Source of the DNA: a virus
Lineage: Duplodnaviria > Caudoviricetes
Strand: one strand, 5' to 3'
Length of the DNA: 36,638 nt
IMG/VR virus record: IMGVR_UViG_3300020034_000048
Location: 1-36,638 of that record
The notes beneath the pieces are model-generated. The model was given only the letters and a program-made list of their open reading frames with translations, searched no databases and was not told the origin of the DNA. A program made the position numbers and the translations under genes. Positions 1-9,058 of this stretch are shown in pieces (within the stretch, counting starts at the first letter, position 1; the number at the start of each line of letters is the position of its first letter).

Positions 1-42
1 CCAAGGTCGCAGCAATTGGTCGGAACGAAGCGGACACTTCGG

Positions 43-558
43 TCACGCCACGGAGCGCACCATCTGGCCGACGATCGCAGCGACCTTGGTGCCGTAGTCC
101 GGGGCCGGAGCCCACCGGCCACCGAGATCCTCGACGTAGCTGACGCTGCCGAAAGCAGCCGTGCCCGGGGCAACCCACACCGCCCGGGGATCCGGGGTGT
201 CGTCCGGCACCGGCAGACCGCAGTACAGCCGGAGGTGATGGGCGTGGGCCAGCGCGCCCACCCGGGGGTAACCGTCACGGTCGAGCGCAAACCGCGCATG
301 GTCCTCGGGACGGTCCCCGGCCGCATCGCGGATCTTCAACCCGCAGGTGTTCCCGTACGTCGGCATGACCGCGCCGGTGAACTTCCCGAACGCGGTCTCA
401 TGGCCGCACTGCGCCGCGAGGACCACCGGGTCCACCCCGGTTTCCCGGCCCGCGTCCCACAGGGCAACGAGCGCCTTCAGGTACCAGGCCGATGTCTTGC
501 CCGCGTAGGACCGCAGCGCCGCGTACGGCAGGCTCGGGGGTGCGATGACGGGGATCAC
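43..558 (-). CDS. Peptidoglycan glycosidase (glucosaminidase/GH73-like), second lysis enzyme
   Basis: GVDPVVLAAQCGHETAFG, NTCGLK and LGGRWAPAPDYG motifs resemble the glucosaminidase family. GTG at 558 overlaps the endolysin stop (GTGA coupling). Confidence 0.7.
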   Translation of the reverse strand: MIPVIAPPSLPYAALRSYAGKTSAWYLKALVALWDAGRETGVDPVVLAAQCGHETAFGKFTGAVMPTYGNTCGLKIRDAAGDRPEDHARFALDRDGYPRVGALAHAHHLRLYCGLPVPDDTPDPRAVWVAPGTAAFGSVSYVEDLGGRWAPAPDYGTKVAAIVGQMVRSVA

Positions 559-1334
559 TTGTACCTCACCCGGTCTCCGATTCCGAGGTTGGATTCCGTC
601 CGCCACCGGGGGTTGAGCGCCCGCAGCGCCGCGAGCGTGAGCCCGTACCGCTTCGCTATCGAGGTCAGGGTGTCCCCCTTGATGACGGTGTGGTACATCG
701 CGGCAGGTTTGGGCGGGACCGGTGGTCCGGCCAGCCGGGCCTTCACCCGTGCGCGCATGACAGGCATGGTGAAGCCCCGGGGATCACTCTTGTCGTCGGA
801 CCATTCCAGGTGGCCGATCACGGACTGGGACTTCCAGCCGTGGTACCGGCAGACGGCCGCCGACGCGCGCTCGATGGCAAGCAGCTGCGCGGCGGGCCAC
901 GGGTCCCTGCCGTCTCCGAGGTTCTCGCACTCGAATCCGTAGAACGAGTGATTCCCGTCGACTCCGTCCAGGTTGCCCCGGCGCGGTACCGGCGGCCGGA
1001 CCGTGTAGGTCTCCGCCTGCACAGCCGCGAGAACCGCCGGATCCCCGCCCCCGGCGTGATTGGTACGGCCGTAGCCGACAAGGTGGACCACTCCATCCTT
1101 GGTGATCACACCGTGGCAGAGCGGGCCGGGCAGGGAGGCATATCCGTCGCGGCACATGGCCACGGTGCTGACCGACCCCCGGGACACGGTGTGATGGATG
1201 ACTACCCCGGAGACCGGACCCCAGGCTCCGTGCCCGGCGCGGTTGTGGGTCCGCCAGTCCCCCACCTCCACGACCTTCACGCCTTCGGCCCGGAGGATCT
1301 CCAGGAACTTCTCTGCGGTGGGCGGGTTAGCCAT
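555..1334 (-). CDS. Endolysin: N-acetylmuramoyl-L-alanine amidase (Amidase_2) with C-terminal LysM
   Basis: GVVIHHT, NHAG, YGFECEN, VIGHLEW and KSDP amidase motifs. C-terminal YHTVIKGDTLTSIAKRYGLTLAALRALNP is a LysM domain. GAGAGG RBS; alternative GTG start at 1337. Confidence 0.92.
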   Translation of the reverse strand: MANPPTAEKFLEILRAEGVKVVEVGDWRTHNRAGHGAWGPVSGVVIHHTVSRGSVSTVAMCRDGYASLPGPLCHGVITKDGVVHLVGYGRTNHAGGGDPAVLAAVQAETYTVRPPVPRRGNLDGVDGNHSFYGFECENLGDGRDPWPAAQLLAIERASAAVCRYHGWKSQSVIGHLEWSDDKSDPRGFTMPVMRARVKARLAGPPVPPKPAAMYHTVIKGDTLTSIAKRYGLTLAALRALNPRWRTESNLGIGDRVRYK

Positions 1335-1358
1335 CACGCTGCCTCTCGGATCGGATCC

Positions 1359-1850
1359 TTACCACTTGTCCCGCCCGCTTTCTTTGAGGAATGCGTCGCA
1401 GCCGAGGACCGTGTATCCGTCATTGATCACCTCGTATGAGTGATCGTATTTAGTCTTGTCCCCCGCCGCTGCACGGCCCGCAGCCGACTGGGAATCCTTG
1501 AAGATCCCGTACAACGGGCACAGGGCGCGCTGCCGCTGGGCCGTGTTGTCCGCGCTGAGCTTCTGCGTGAGTTCGTCGATCCGGTGGGTGTTCTCCGCCA
1601 TGCCGACCCCGATGAAGCCGAGCACCACGGTCAGCACGACGTCCAGCAGCCCGCCGGTGATGACACCGAAAATCAGGCGCCGGTTGGTGCGGGCCGTCCT
1701 GGACAGCGAGACGAATTGCCTGCCGCTACGACTGGCCAGCTGGTCCACTTCCTGGTTCAGGCCCGTTGCCAGGCCGATCAGCTGGTCCAGCCGGTCGCCC
1801 TTCTCCGGCTGGCCGGGATCCGGGGATCCGGGGATCTTCTGTTCCGTCAC
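1359..1850 (-). CDS. Lysis-cassette membrane protein (one TM helix, coiled coil, Cys pair)
   Basis: Hydrophobic LIFGVITGGLLDVVLTVVLGFIGVG segment. GTG at 1850 follows AAGGA/CAGGA. Lies directly upstream of the endolysin. Confidence 0.6.
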   Translation of the reverse strand: MTEQKIPGSPDPGQPEKGDRLDQLIGLATGLNQEVDQLASRSGRQFVSLSRTARTNRRLIFGVITGGLLDVVLTVVLGFIGVGMAENTHRIDELTQKLSADNTAQRQRALCPLYGIFKDSQSAAGRAAAGDKTKYDHSYEVINDGYTVLGCDAFLKESGRDKW

Positions 1851-2019
1851 GGTCCTGTCCTTCGGTGCGAGCGGATGCTTCGCGGAGCAAGCGGGCCTCT
1901 TCCAATAGTCCCTCAGAGAAACGGTCCATGCGGGCCGCCGCCTCACGGAGATCTTTCCGCAGAAGTTCTGCCTCGGCAACGAGCCTGTCCACAGCGCTCA
2001 TTGGTGCCATTACCATCAA
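1726..2019 (-). CDS. Small coiled-coil hypothetical protein in lysis cassette
   Basis: ATGA-coupled to the upstream gene; helical N-terminal half. The 3' end overlaps the next gene by about 125 nt, so the C-terminus is uncertain. Confidence 0.5.
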   Translation of the reverse strand: MMVMAPMSAVDRLVAEAELLRKDLREAAARMDRFSEGLLEEARLLREASARTEGQDRDGTEDPRIPGSRPAGEGRPAGPADRPGNGPEPGSGPAGQS

Positions 2020-2321
2020 CCCCTCCGGACCGCTGCGAGTGCGTCGGCCACAGCCCGGTTCGCGTCCTGGATTGCATGCGCCGCTGCGGCAAGGGTGGTG
2101 ATGTACTCGGTACGGACCGTTTCATTCAGCTTACGCAGCTCCTCTTCGAGGCGGTCCGCGCGTGCGGTCTCTTTGTCGCCCCGCTGGGTCTCCCGCTGGA
2201 ACAGCACGCGGACGGCCGCCAGGGCGAGCAGTGCAATGGCGCCGACCGCCCCGTACTGGAGCAGCACACCCTCGATCGAATCAGCCGCCTGGAAGATCGT
2301 GATGCTCGCCTCCTCGGCCAT
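2016..2321 (-). CDS. Holin-like membrane protein
   Basis: LLQYGAVGAIALLALAAVRVLF TM segment followed by a charged coiled coil; first gene after the tail fiber. Confidence 0.6.
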   Translation of the reverse strand: MAEEASITIFQAADSIEGVLLQYGAVGAIALLALAAVRVLFQRETQRGDKETARADRLEEELRKLNETVRTEYITTLAAAAHAIQDANRAVADALAAVRRG

Positions 2322-3403
2322 CAGCTCAAGAAATATTCGACTTGGTTGAAAGAGATCCAGGCCGGGTCCGTGACCGCGTGCGTGTGATCAGTTCCGCCGC
2401 CGGTGTGGGTGTGATGATCCACCTCTGAGATGCTGTGGACGTGGTGGCCGACTTCACTGATGTCGTGTGTGTGGTTGCCCACTGAACCGATACCGTGGAC
2501 GTGATCGTTCACCTGGGTGATGTCGTGCGTGTGTGCGCCGCCCGCTGACCCGGACGTGATCCCGCCGGTGTTGCCGCCGTGGGAGTGCAGGCCCGCGCCG
2601 GAGATGCTGTGGCTGTGCCCGCCGAATGATCCGGTGCCCCCGCCGTGGGAGTGCAGCCCGGCCTGACCGGTGCTTCCCCCGTGGGAGTGCAGCCCGGCCA
2701 GGGATGTGGTGCCCGCCCCGTCGGCCGCGCCGGTGGTGGTACCTCCGACCATGTTGACCGCGCCGGACGCCTCGAAGTCGACCATGACCACGTTGCTGCC
2801 GCCGGATCCGTTACGGCCACAGATCACGGTGCGCCGGGTGGACGGCCGGTAGTTGACGGGCAAGGCCGAGGCGATCACCGTCCCGGATGCGCGAGCAGCG
2901 CCGCCCTGGAGCTGGACCTTCCAGGTCCCGTGATCCCAGATGCGCCGGATCCTGACGTTCCCGTTGCTGTTCCCGTTGTGCGAGAACCCGGCCGCCAGCG
3001 TGACGTCTGCCCAGTCGGATTCGGAGAACTGCCCGGCTATCTCGCCGAGCGCTACCAGGTCGGTGCCCTGTTTGATGATCAGGACGATGTCGTCGACCTC
3101 GGGCGCGTAGCTGTCGATGTACCGCACACCCGGAATGGCCGTGGTGTCGCCGCTGATGGTGATCGTCAAGGTCGGGGGCGCCGACCCCGTGGCAATAGCG
3201 GTGACCGTGCCCTTGCGGATCGTGGCCGGGTCGAAGTCGGTCAGCGTCTGCTTGGCGATCTCCGCAGCGAGCGCGCGGATCTGATCGTTCAGCGCGGCGG
3301 CTGCGGCAGCGTCGGCCTGGGCAGCGGCTGCGGCGGCTGCTTCTTCCGGGGTGATCGGGGGATCCTGCGGGACGGACTCGCCGGGTTCCGAGGGGGTGGC
3401 CAT
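2321..3403 (-). CDS. Minor tail / fiber protein with His-x-His repeat insert
   Basis: N-terminal RKGTVTAI...SYAPEVDDIVLI module typical of actinophage minor tail proteins; C-terminal beta-rich domain with ten HxH motifs. AGGAAGG RBS before ATG 3403. Confidence 0.75.
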   Translation of the reverse strand: MATPSEPGESVPQDPPITPEEAAAAAAAQADAAAAAALNDQIRALAAEIAKQTLTDFDPATIRKGTVTAIATGSAPPTLTITISGDTTAIPGVRYIDSYAPEVDDIVLIIKQGTDLVALGEIAGQFSESDWADVTLAAGFSHNGNSNGNVRIRRIWDHGTWKVQLQGGAARASGTVIASALPVNYRPSTRRTVICGRNGSGGSNVVMVDFEASGAVNMVGGTTTGAADGAGTTSLAGLHSHGGSTGQAGLHSHGGGTGSFGGHSHSISGAGLHSHGGNTGGITSGSAGGAHTHDITQVNDHVHGIGSVGNHTHDISEVGHHVHSISEVDHHTHTGGGTDHTHAVTDPAWISFNQVEYFLS

Positions 3404-3413
3404 CGGTGCCTTC

Positions 3414-4541
3414 CTACGCCAGGTTCCGTTTGGCACGCAGTGTGAGCGACTGCGTGTCGGCCGCCTTCAGCGGGACATTGAAACTGTCGACCGCGTAGAG
3501 ACCCGACACCCGCGAGCGTTCACGTTCGACCTGCACCACATGGCCCGCCTCGTACGACGGATTCACAATGCCACTGATCGACAGTCCCTGCGAGAACCCC
3601 AGCAGGTTACGGAGCAGTTGGTCTGCCGTAGCCTGCGCGTCGTCCTGAATCTTGATCGTCTGGTCAGTGATGAAGGTAGGGACCTCACCGTACGGACCCA
3701 GATGGTAGGTCGCGCTAGTCGGTTCCTCGTCCCAGGCCACGGCGCGCACGGCAGGCAGTTCGTCCCCGGGCGATTCTCCGGTGATCACAACCCCGTTGAA
3801 CCCGGGCTCATCCGTGAAAGTCCGGCGCAAGTTCAGCATGGTGCATCCGTCGCCCTCGATATAGGTGAAATCCGGCGTCGGCAGCGCGTCGATGTCCACC
3901 GGCGGAGCGATCACCACCCAACCCTCGACATCGAAATAGAGATCACATCCGAGGGAGGTGGCCAGGTCCGTTGCTGCACCCCACGGATCATTGCCGACGT
4001 CGTACAGTTTGGGCGCCGTGGTCACCCGGGTGGTGCCGATCGCGTCGTAGTTCAGATCGGGGAAGGTCCGCGCGAGGATGTCCTGGATGGCAGTGATCAA
4101 GTTGGTTCCGACCGGGATCACGTACGGGCTGATGAACTTGTCCCGGCTCACCGTGCGGGAAAGATCATAGGCTTCCAGCGAGATATCCGGGCTGCCGCCG
4201 GTGGAGTCATTCACGCTGGAGTTGGCCAGGCGGAACACTCCGAGGGGAAGCACCTCAATGGTCCCGTCGGCGTAGCGCACCCCCCGGTACGGCCGCAGGA
4301 TCGTCCCGTACGGGGTCAGCAGCGAGTCCGTGGTGGACGGGACCAGCAGGCCGGAGGGATCCACGCACGTGGCCTTGCACGCCCGGCGGGTGGTGGCCGT
4401 CCGGTCGCACGTCACTTCCCCGCCGGTGGCGGGCAACCGGACGGTCTGCTGATTGGGGGAGAACACGTCGATGTAGCTGTACACCTCGTGGGACCTGCGG
4501 ATCTCCGCCAGCAGGCGGTCTGTGGCGCGGGGTGCTGCCAT
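3414..4541 (-). CDS. Minor tail protein (tail-tip hub type, DUF5047-like)
   Basis: GGEVTCDRTATTRR, LTPYGTILRPYRGVRY, LPLGVFR and LGPYGEVPTF motifs seen in actinophage hub proteins; position downstream of the tape measure. Confidence 0.75.
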   Translation of the reverse strand: MAAPRATDRLLAEIRRSHEVYSYIDVFSPNQQTVRLPATGGEVTCDRTATTRRACKATCVDPSGLLVPSTTDSLLTPYGTILRPYRGVRYADGTIEVLPLGVFRLANSSVNDSTGGSPDISLEAYDLSRTVSRDKFISPYVIPVGTNLITAIQDILARTFPDLNYDAIGTTRVTTAPKLYDVGNDPWGAATDLATSLGCDLYFDVEGWVVIAPPVDIDALPTPDFTYIEGDGCTMLNLRRTFTDEPGFNGVVITGESPGDELPAVRAVAWDEEPTSATYHLGPYGEVPTFITDQTIKIQDDAQATADQLLRNLLGFSQGLSISGIVNPSYEAGHVVQVERERSRVSGLYAVDSFNVPLKAADTQSLTLRAKRNLA

Positions 4542-4542
4542 G

Positions 4543-5004
4543 TCACCACCGCCGCGAGACCGAGGCCAGGGGGGGCGCACCGGCCGGGACGGGGTCCGTC
4601 ACCGGCGGGGCTTCGAAGGCCGTGAAGTAGTTGGCCACGTACTGCTGCCACAGCCGGGGACGTTCCAGGCGGGCACGGCGCAGGCAGGTCGCCCGGTCCG
4701 CGTCCATGACCACCACCCGGAAGCCGCGCCGCGCGTACCATTCCCGGTCGGCCCGCTTGGGCGCACCCAGGACCACCCAGAGATCCACGTCCTTGCGTCC
4801 CAGCCAGGTGCGCAGCACTGCGTCCCGTGCCTCGTAGACATAGCGCTTGAGCGCGGCCGGGTGGCTGTAGTAGTCGTCCCCGCCGACCGCATACATCAGC
4901 GCGTCGAAGTCCACCACAAGATCCCCGGTGTCCTTGTGGTGGGCCACGTAGTAGTTCTTCCCGGAGCAGGGCGGGCCTGCGACCAGCGTTGCGGTCACGG
5001 TCAC
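4543..5004 (-). CDS. Small P-loop NTPase / kinase-like protein
   Basis: Walker A GPPCSGKN, VVDFDAL, and C-terminal CLRRARLERP lid-like motif; GTGA-coupled start. Confidence 0.75.
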   Translation of the reverse strand: MTVTATLVAGPPCSGKNYYVAHHKDTGDLVVDFDALMYAVGGDDYYSHPAALKRYVYEARDAVLRTWLGRKDVDLWVVLGAPKRADREWYARRGFRVVVMDADRATCLRRARLERPRLWQQYVANYFTAFEAPPVTDPVPAGAPPLASVSRRW

Positions 5005-5099
5005 CAGCGGAACCCTTTCTGGATCCGGCGCAGCACGAACACCGCGCCCGCGACACCTCCGATGACGACACTGCCCACTGCGATCAAAACGGTGATCAT
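5001..5099 (-). CDS. 32-aa single-pass membrane peptide (below ORF-track cutoff)
   Basis: Translates as MITVLIAVGSVVIGGVAGAVFVLRRIQKGFRW*. ATGA overlap with the upstream stop and GTGA overlap with the downstream start. Confidence 0.7.
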   Translation of the reverse strand: MITVLIAVGSVVIGGVAGAVFVLRRIQKGFRW

Positions 5100-8000
5100 A
5101 GCTCTGCTTTCACCTGCACGAATGTGATCTTGAAGAACCTGATCGGATTGGTGAACCGCTGACCGGTGTACTGGATCGAGGCATTCAGGTCACCCACCGG
5201 CCGGACCCACCATGCATGGTCCACGGGAGACTGAAGGAAGAGCGTCCGGTTCTCCCGGAGTTTGGCCCGGAGCTGTGCGTGTTCCTCGCGGTTCAGGACC
5301 AGGGTCAGCTCGAACGCGTCGCCCTTGTACCCTTCCGTGAGAACGACCGGGTAGTCCTCCCCGAGCGGCTGGAAGACCACGGACGTATTGGTGGTGCCGA
5401 CCGTGACCGGACCGGCGGGGACGTGCACCCGCAGCGTCATGGCCCATGCGGACGTCAGATCCTTCAGCCACCACTCGCGCGCGGTCAGCGAGACCTCGTC
5501 ACTGTCCGGCCCGTAGCCGGAGACGAAGCGGTCACCCTGGAGTCCGTAGCTCACGGTCTGCGCGCGGTACTTCCGGCGCTGAAGGGGGATCACCGTGTGA
5601 TCCGTGTACGTCATGATCCCGGACAACGGATCGAACGCGGGCGGATTGACGAGCTGGCCGGGCAGGTCCGACCAGGCGCCGTATCCGCTGCCGTCATCGT
5701 CCGCGTACTGGAGCATGGGCCGGGACCACACGGGGTGGGTGGACCGGCCGGTTCCGTTGCGCCACACCGTGGTGTCCCCGAGCATGATCCCGATGCGGTC
5801 GAAGTAGACGAAGTCCCCGATCTGCCGGTCGGTCACGGAGACCTCACCCTTGATCCGGGTGGTCCCGTCCGGGATGCTCATGGCCGCAGAGGAGACGGCC
5901 CACACCGATGTCCCGAAGGGGGCGCCCTGTGCCGTCTGCGAGGAGATCAGCTGGTTGGCCCGGTAGAAGTACAGGGTGAGGTACGGGGTCCCGGCAGTCG
6001 ACCCGATGAAGGAGGAGAGGAAGGTCACCCGGGCCCCTGCCCGCTCCATGATCGCGGTGTCGATGGCAGAGATCTCGATGGCGTCGGGCATGGTCCCCAC
6101 GGTCAGGCCGGACGTCAGCGGTACGGCCGGTTTGACCATGCCGATCCACGAGGCCGCGCTGCCGATCGACGTACCGGACCCCGGGGTGAAGGCAGCTGTT
6201 ACCGAGGTGGACCCGGCTGCCACGACACCGTTGCTGTCGTAGATCCCGGTGGACATCCAGGGGCTGGAAGATCCCACGGTTTCGTCCACGCGTTCGGTCT
6301 CGTTCGCACCGGCGGCCGGAGGCGAAGGCAAGGACTTGATCAGCCCGATCCAGGACCCGGCCGCGTAGTACGACCGGCTCAGGGTGGCCGACCGGCTGTG
6401 CGACCCGGTACCCACCGGACCGTTGCTGTCCGAGATGCTGACCGAGGACGTCCGGTAGGAGTAGTAGCTGATCGCGTACTCCTCCGTCTCGTCATCGCGT
6501 TCGGAGATCTCCGAGGACGACCAGGACGCGTAGTAGTCCCCGGAAGCACCGAACACCGCGACACGCCACGACCTGCTGTCAGTGTTGGTCACCGTGGCCG
6601 TGGTGATCGAGTTGCCGGATCCGGAGGTGGACGTGCCTTCGGCCACGAACTGATTCGCGGCCGTGTCGCAGTTCCGGTAGGCGGTCACCACGGTGATCAG
6701 TGGCTTCACGGTGGCGGACAGGGTGCCTGCCCAGGACGTCGGTTCACTGGCCCCGGCGGTCCGCTTGAGCACGGCGGTCCGGCTGGCCGCGAACGAGTCG
6801 GTGGACGTGAACTGCTGCACGATGGTCCACCCCGACGGGGCGGTCACCGTGGCGATCACTGAATCGCTGATGTTGAGAGCCGCGATCATCAGATCCCCGG
6901 ACACCACACCGGAGGGCTTGTTGATCGTGTAGGACGTGGTACCGGATGTGCTGGACCATGCCGTTCCCCGGCCGACGTAGCTGATCGCGGGAACCGAGCT
7001 GGGGGGCTGGACGTTGGCCACCATCGTCCCGCCGGTGACATCGTCGCTGAACGCGAACGCAGCCACCCGCCATGCGTTGGCGTCCGTGTTATTGATCACG
7101 GCGGACGTGAGGTAGAGCGGGGTGTCGGCCGCACGGGTCAGCACGTTCTCCGCGATGAACTGCTGTGAAGCGTCGGCCGCGCCGCTGTACGAGATCACCC
7201 GTGCGTTGCGCCGGGTGCTCGATGCGGACAGCGAGCCATCTGTCCAGGTGGACGGCTCGGATCCGCCCGCCGTCCTCTTGAGCACGAACAGCGCGGTGTC
7301 CGTGCTGCCGTCATCCACCGATGCGGTGTTGACCGTGGTCCACCCGGCCGGGGGCGTGATCGTGCCGTGCTGGGACGACGTGACGAACGCCAGCATCAGA
7401 TCACCGGTAGTGATCCCGGCAGGCTTGTTCAGGGTGAAGTCCGTACCGGCGGACGTGCTGTTGAAGTTCGCGCCGGTCGCGCGGAAGGCCAGCGACGGAG
7501 TGATCCCGTTGTAGGTCAGCCGCTTGGTCTGGAAACCGTGCGCGCCGGTGCCGGTGGGTGTGACACGGGAGATCGAGGATCCGGAGCCCGCGATCCAGTT
7601 CGTGCCTACCGGGTCTTCGCCGGTGGCGCTGAAGCTGTCCAGGATGTTCCGCGAGTTGTGGCCCCCGTCGGACCACAGCGCGTTCGCCCCGTACATGAGA
7701 CCGACGTGATCCACACTGTGGACCTCTGCGTTCGCCGAAGAAACGATCTCCAGCTCCACCCTGGCCCATACCGTCCCGGCCGGGCTGTTTCCGGTGACCG
7801 TGGCTTCCTTCCATGTGGACGTGCTGTCCGTGCCGGATGCGGTCAAGGTCCCGGCCAGGGCGGTGAACGCGATGTCGTAGAACAAGATCCGGATGTTGAA
7901 GGTCCGCCCGGTGGCCACGGCCCGCAGCTGTGCGCGCGCGGTGAGCGGGGACAGGGCGGAGCACCGCACATAGGTGGTGCGCACGGACATGGTGGCCGCC

Positions 8001-9058
8001 GACGAGGCGGTCATCTTCCCGGATGCCACCCCGGCGTAGTACACCGACGTGTCCTGAGTGATCGCGCAGTTCGTGGTGACGTACTCCAGCCCGTCGGTCA
8101 TCGTCTCGAAGTCCGCCTGTTGCACAGACAAGAGGTTCGAGCTGTCCCGCAGGGTGAGCGCCACGGCGGAACGGAACGAGTCCGGGACCACGGAGACCAC
8201 CCCGATTCCTGGTGTACCGGAGACCGTGTTGTCGTCCGACGGGACACCCGGGGACGGGCCCTGGACGGAGAACGCCCTGCCGACCCAGATGCTCTTGGCC
8301 AGGAAGCTGGAGTACACCCGCACGTAGGCGTAGTAGTCGTCCGAGTTGAGCGACGTCGGAAGGATCACTGACGTCGTGTCACCGGTGACGTCGGCCTGGT
8401 ACACCGGATCCGTGGTGTCCGGGTTGAACGATGAGTCGGCCACCTGGATCGACGTATAGATCTTGTATGCAGCCTTGGCCTGAAGGTCGCCGTCCGCCTG
8501 CGCGTAGGTCCAGGAGATCGTCGGGGACGGGGTCAGCACGGTGCCGGTCGGTGCGTCCACGGTCACGGTCGGGCGCACGCGGTAGTTGATCACCACGAAG
8601 ACCTTGTACACCCGGATGCAGTCAGAGATCCCGGAATAGCTGAAGACCTGGCAAAGGATCTTGTTCAGACGGTGGATGTCCCACGGATGGCCCAGGGGGT
8701 CGCGCTGGTACGTCGCGATCTCGTAATCGGAGATCGTCGTGGTGGGGTAGATCGTGCGCGAGGTGAAACGTGAGGGGTCGTCCGTGGCGAGCACATTGAC
8801 CGTGATCGACCGGGACCCGCCGCCCACCTTGGCGCACCGGATCTTGATAGTCACGGACGTGATGACCGCGCCGTCGGGAACGGTGCTGATGTCGACCGGG
8901 AACCGTACGCAGGCACGCCCCTTGTGCGGGGGATTCTTGCAGTACTTGGTGTCATCATCGTTGTTCCAGCAATGGAACAGGCGGGACACGGCGGAGCCGA
9001 TCAGGGTCCAGCCCTCGTTGCGGAAATCGTCGGTGCAGATGTGATTAAGGGCGGTCAT
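5096..9058 (-). CDS. Large minor tail protein (distal-tail-like scaffold with inserted carbohydrate-binding-like domains)
   Basis: First gene after the tape measure; 1320 aa, S/T-rich beta domains with internal repeats; C-terminal WWLKD...LFLQSP...FVQV Dit-like segment. Confidence 0.75.
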   Translation of the reverse strand: MTALNHICTDDFRNEGWTLIGSAVSRLFHCWNNDDDTKYCKNPPHKGRACVRFPVDISTVPDGAVITSVTIKIRCAKVGGGSRSITVNVLATDDPSRFTSRTIYPTTTISDYEIATYQRDPLGHPWDIHRLNKILCQVFSYSGISDCIRVYKVFVVINYRVRPTVTVDAPTGTVLTPSPTISWTYAQADGDLQAKAAYKIYTSIQVADSSFNPDTTDPVYQADVTGDTTSVILPTSLNSDDYYAYVRVYSSFLAKSIWVGRAFSVQGPSPGVPSDDNTVSGTPGIGVVSVVPDSFRSAVALTLRDSSNLLSVQQADFETMTDGLEYVTTNCAITQDTSVYYAGVASGKMTASSAATMSVRTTYVRCSALSPLTARAQLRAVATGRTFNIRILFYDIAFTALAGTLTASGTDSTSTWKEATVTGNSPAGTVWARVELEIVSSANAEVHSVDHVGLMYGANALWSDGGHNSRNILDSFSATGEDPVGTNWIAGSGSSISRVTPTGTGAHGFQTKRLTYNGITPSLAFRATGANFNSTSAGTDFTLNKPAGITTGDLMLAFVTSSQHGTITPPAGWTTVNTASVDDGSTDTALFVLKRTAGGSEPSTWTDGSLSASSTRRNARVISYSGAADASQQFIAENVLTRAADTPLYLTSAVINNTDANAWRVAAFAFSDDVTGGTMVANVQPPSSVPAISYVGRGTAWSSTSGTTSYTINKPSGVVSGDLMIAALNISDSVIATVTAPSGWTIVQQFTSTDSFAASRTAVLKRTAGASEPTSWAGTLSATVKPLITVVTAYRNCDTAANQFVAEGTSTSGSGNSITTATVTNTDSRSWRVAVFGASGDYYASWSSSEISERDDETEEYAISYYSYRTSSVSISDSNGPVGTGSHSRSATLSRSYYAAGSWIGLIKSLPSPPAAGANETERVDETVGSSSPWMSTGIYDSNGVVAAGSTSVTAAFTPGSGTSIGSAASWIGMVKPAVPLTSGLTVGTMPDAIEISAIDTAIMERAGARVTFLSSFIGSTAGTPYLTLYFYRANQLISSQTAQGAPFGTSVWAVSSAAMSIPDGTTRIKGEVSVTDRQIGDFVYFDRIGIMLGDTTVWRNGTGRSTHPVWSRPMLQYADDDGSGYGAWSDLPGQLVNPPAFDPLSGIMTYTDHTVIPLQRRKYRAQTVSYGLQGDRFVSGYGPDSDEVSLTAREWWLKDLTSAWAMTLRVHVPAGPVTVGTTNTSVVFQPLGEDYPVVLTEGYKGDAFELTLVLNREEHAQLRAKLRENRTLFLQSPVDHAWWVRPVGDLNASIQYTGQRFTNPIRFFKITFVQVKAEL

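Noticed and set aside
1-46. Possible further minus-strand gene starting at GTG 46 (GTGA overlap)
   Set aside because: Only 15 codons are visible before the window edge; it cannot be supported.
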